The translations under genes were made by a program, and so were the position numbers. Shown in pieces: positions 63,922 to 64,000 of a DNA stretch of 64,000 bases (its first letter is position 1; the number at the start of each line of letters is the position of its first letter). The notes under the pieces are model-generated. The model ran no database searches. It worked only from the letters and a program-made list of their open reading frames with translations, and had not been told where the DNA came from. The stretch lies in the NCBI RefSeq assembly GCF_018350175.1, contig NC_058368.1, positions 6,758,001-6,822,000 of the forward strand, read 5' to 3'. This DNA is from Felis catus. Lineage: Eukaryota.

Positions 63922-64000
63922 TACCTGTCTTACAGAAACTCCTTCATAAAAGAGGGAATGATCACCAACTCATTTCTGAGGCCAGCTGAAAGCCGGTACC

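Overview
Mammalian (felid, very probably cat-family) genomic DNA, identified by about 38 carnivore tRNA-derived Can-SINEs, many of the feline SINEC_Fc type, and by feline L1 3' ends. The only protein-coding gene I can support is the 3' end of USP12 on the minus strand: three coding exons (60012-60209, 57440-57518, 56101-56202) with canonical GT-AG junctions that splice in frame and end ...FYQSRD*, plus a ~3.1 kb 3'UTR probably ending at an ATTAAA at 52980-52985. A near full-length Tigger1 fossil lies in the upstream USP12 intron. Positions 1-52900 are intergenic and dense in repeats: an old fragmented L1 with nested MaLR/MER21 LTRs and SINEs, a second old L1, MLT2, MER58, Tigger-like elements, L2, MIR and microsatellites. 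Nearly all ORFs in the supplied track are artefacts of SINEs, simple repeats or GC-rich DNA. I found no convincing new biological system. The best leads are (i) two ~600 bp L1 3' pieces with the same 5' start, (ii) a well-preserved MIR directly upstream of the USP12 poly(A) signal, (iii) a possible unannotated spliced minus-strand exon pair at 15.4-16.3 kb and (iv) three miR-19 seed sites in the USP12 3'UTR. Repeat family names come from recalled consensus sequences and were not searched; repeat boundaries are approximate unless TSDs are cited.
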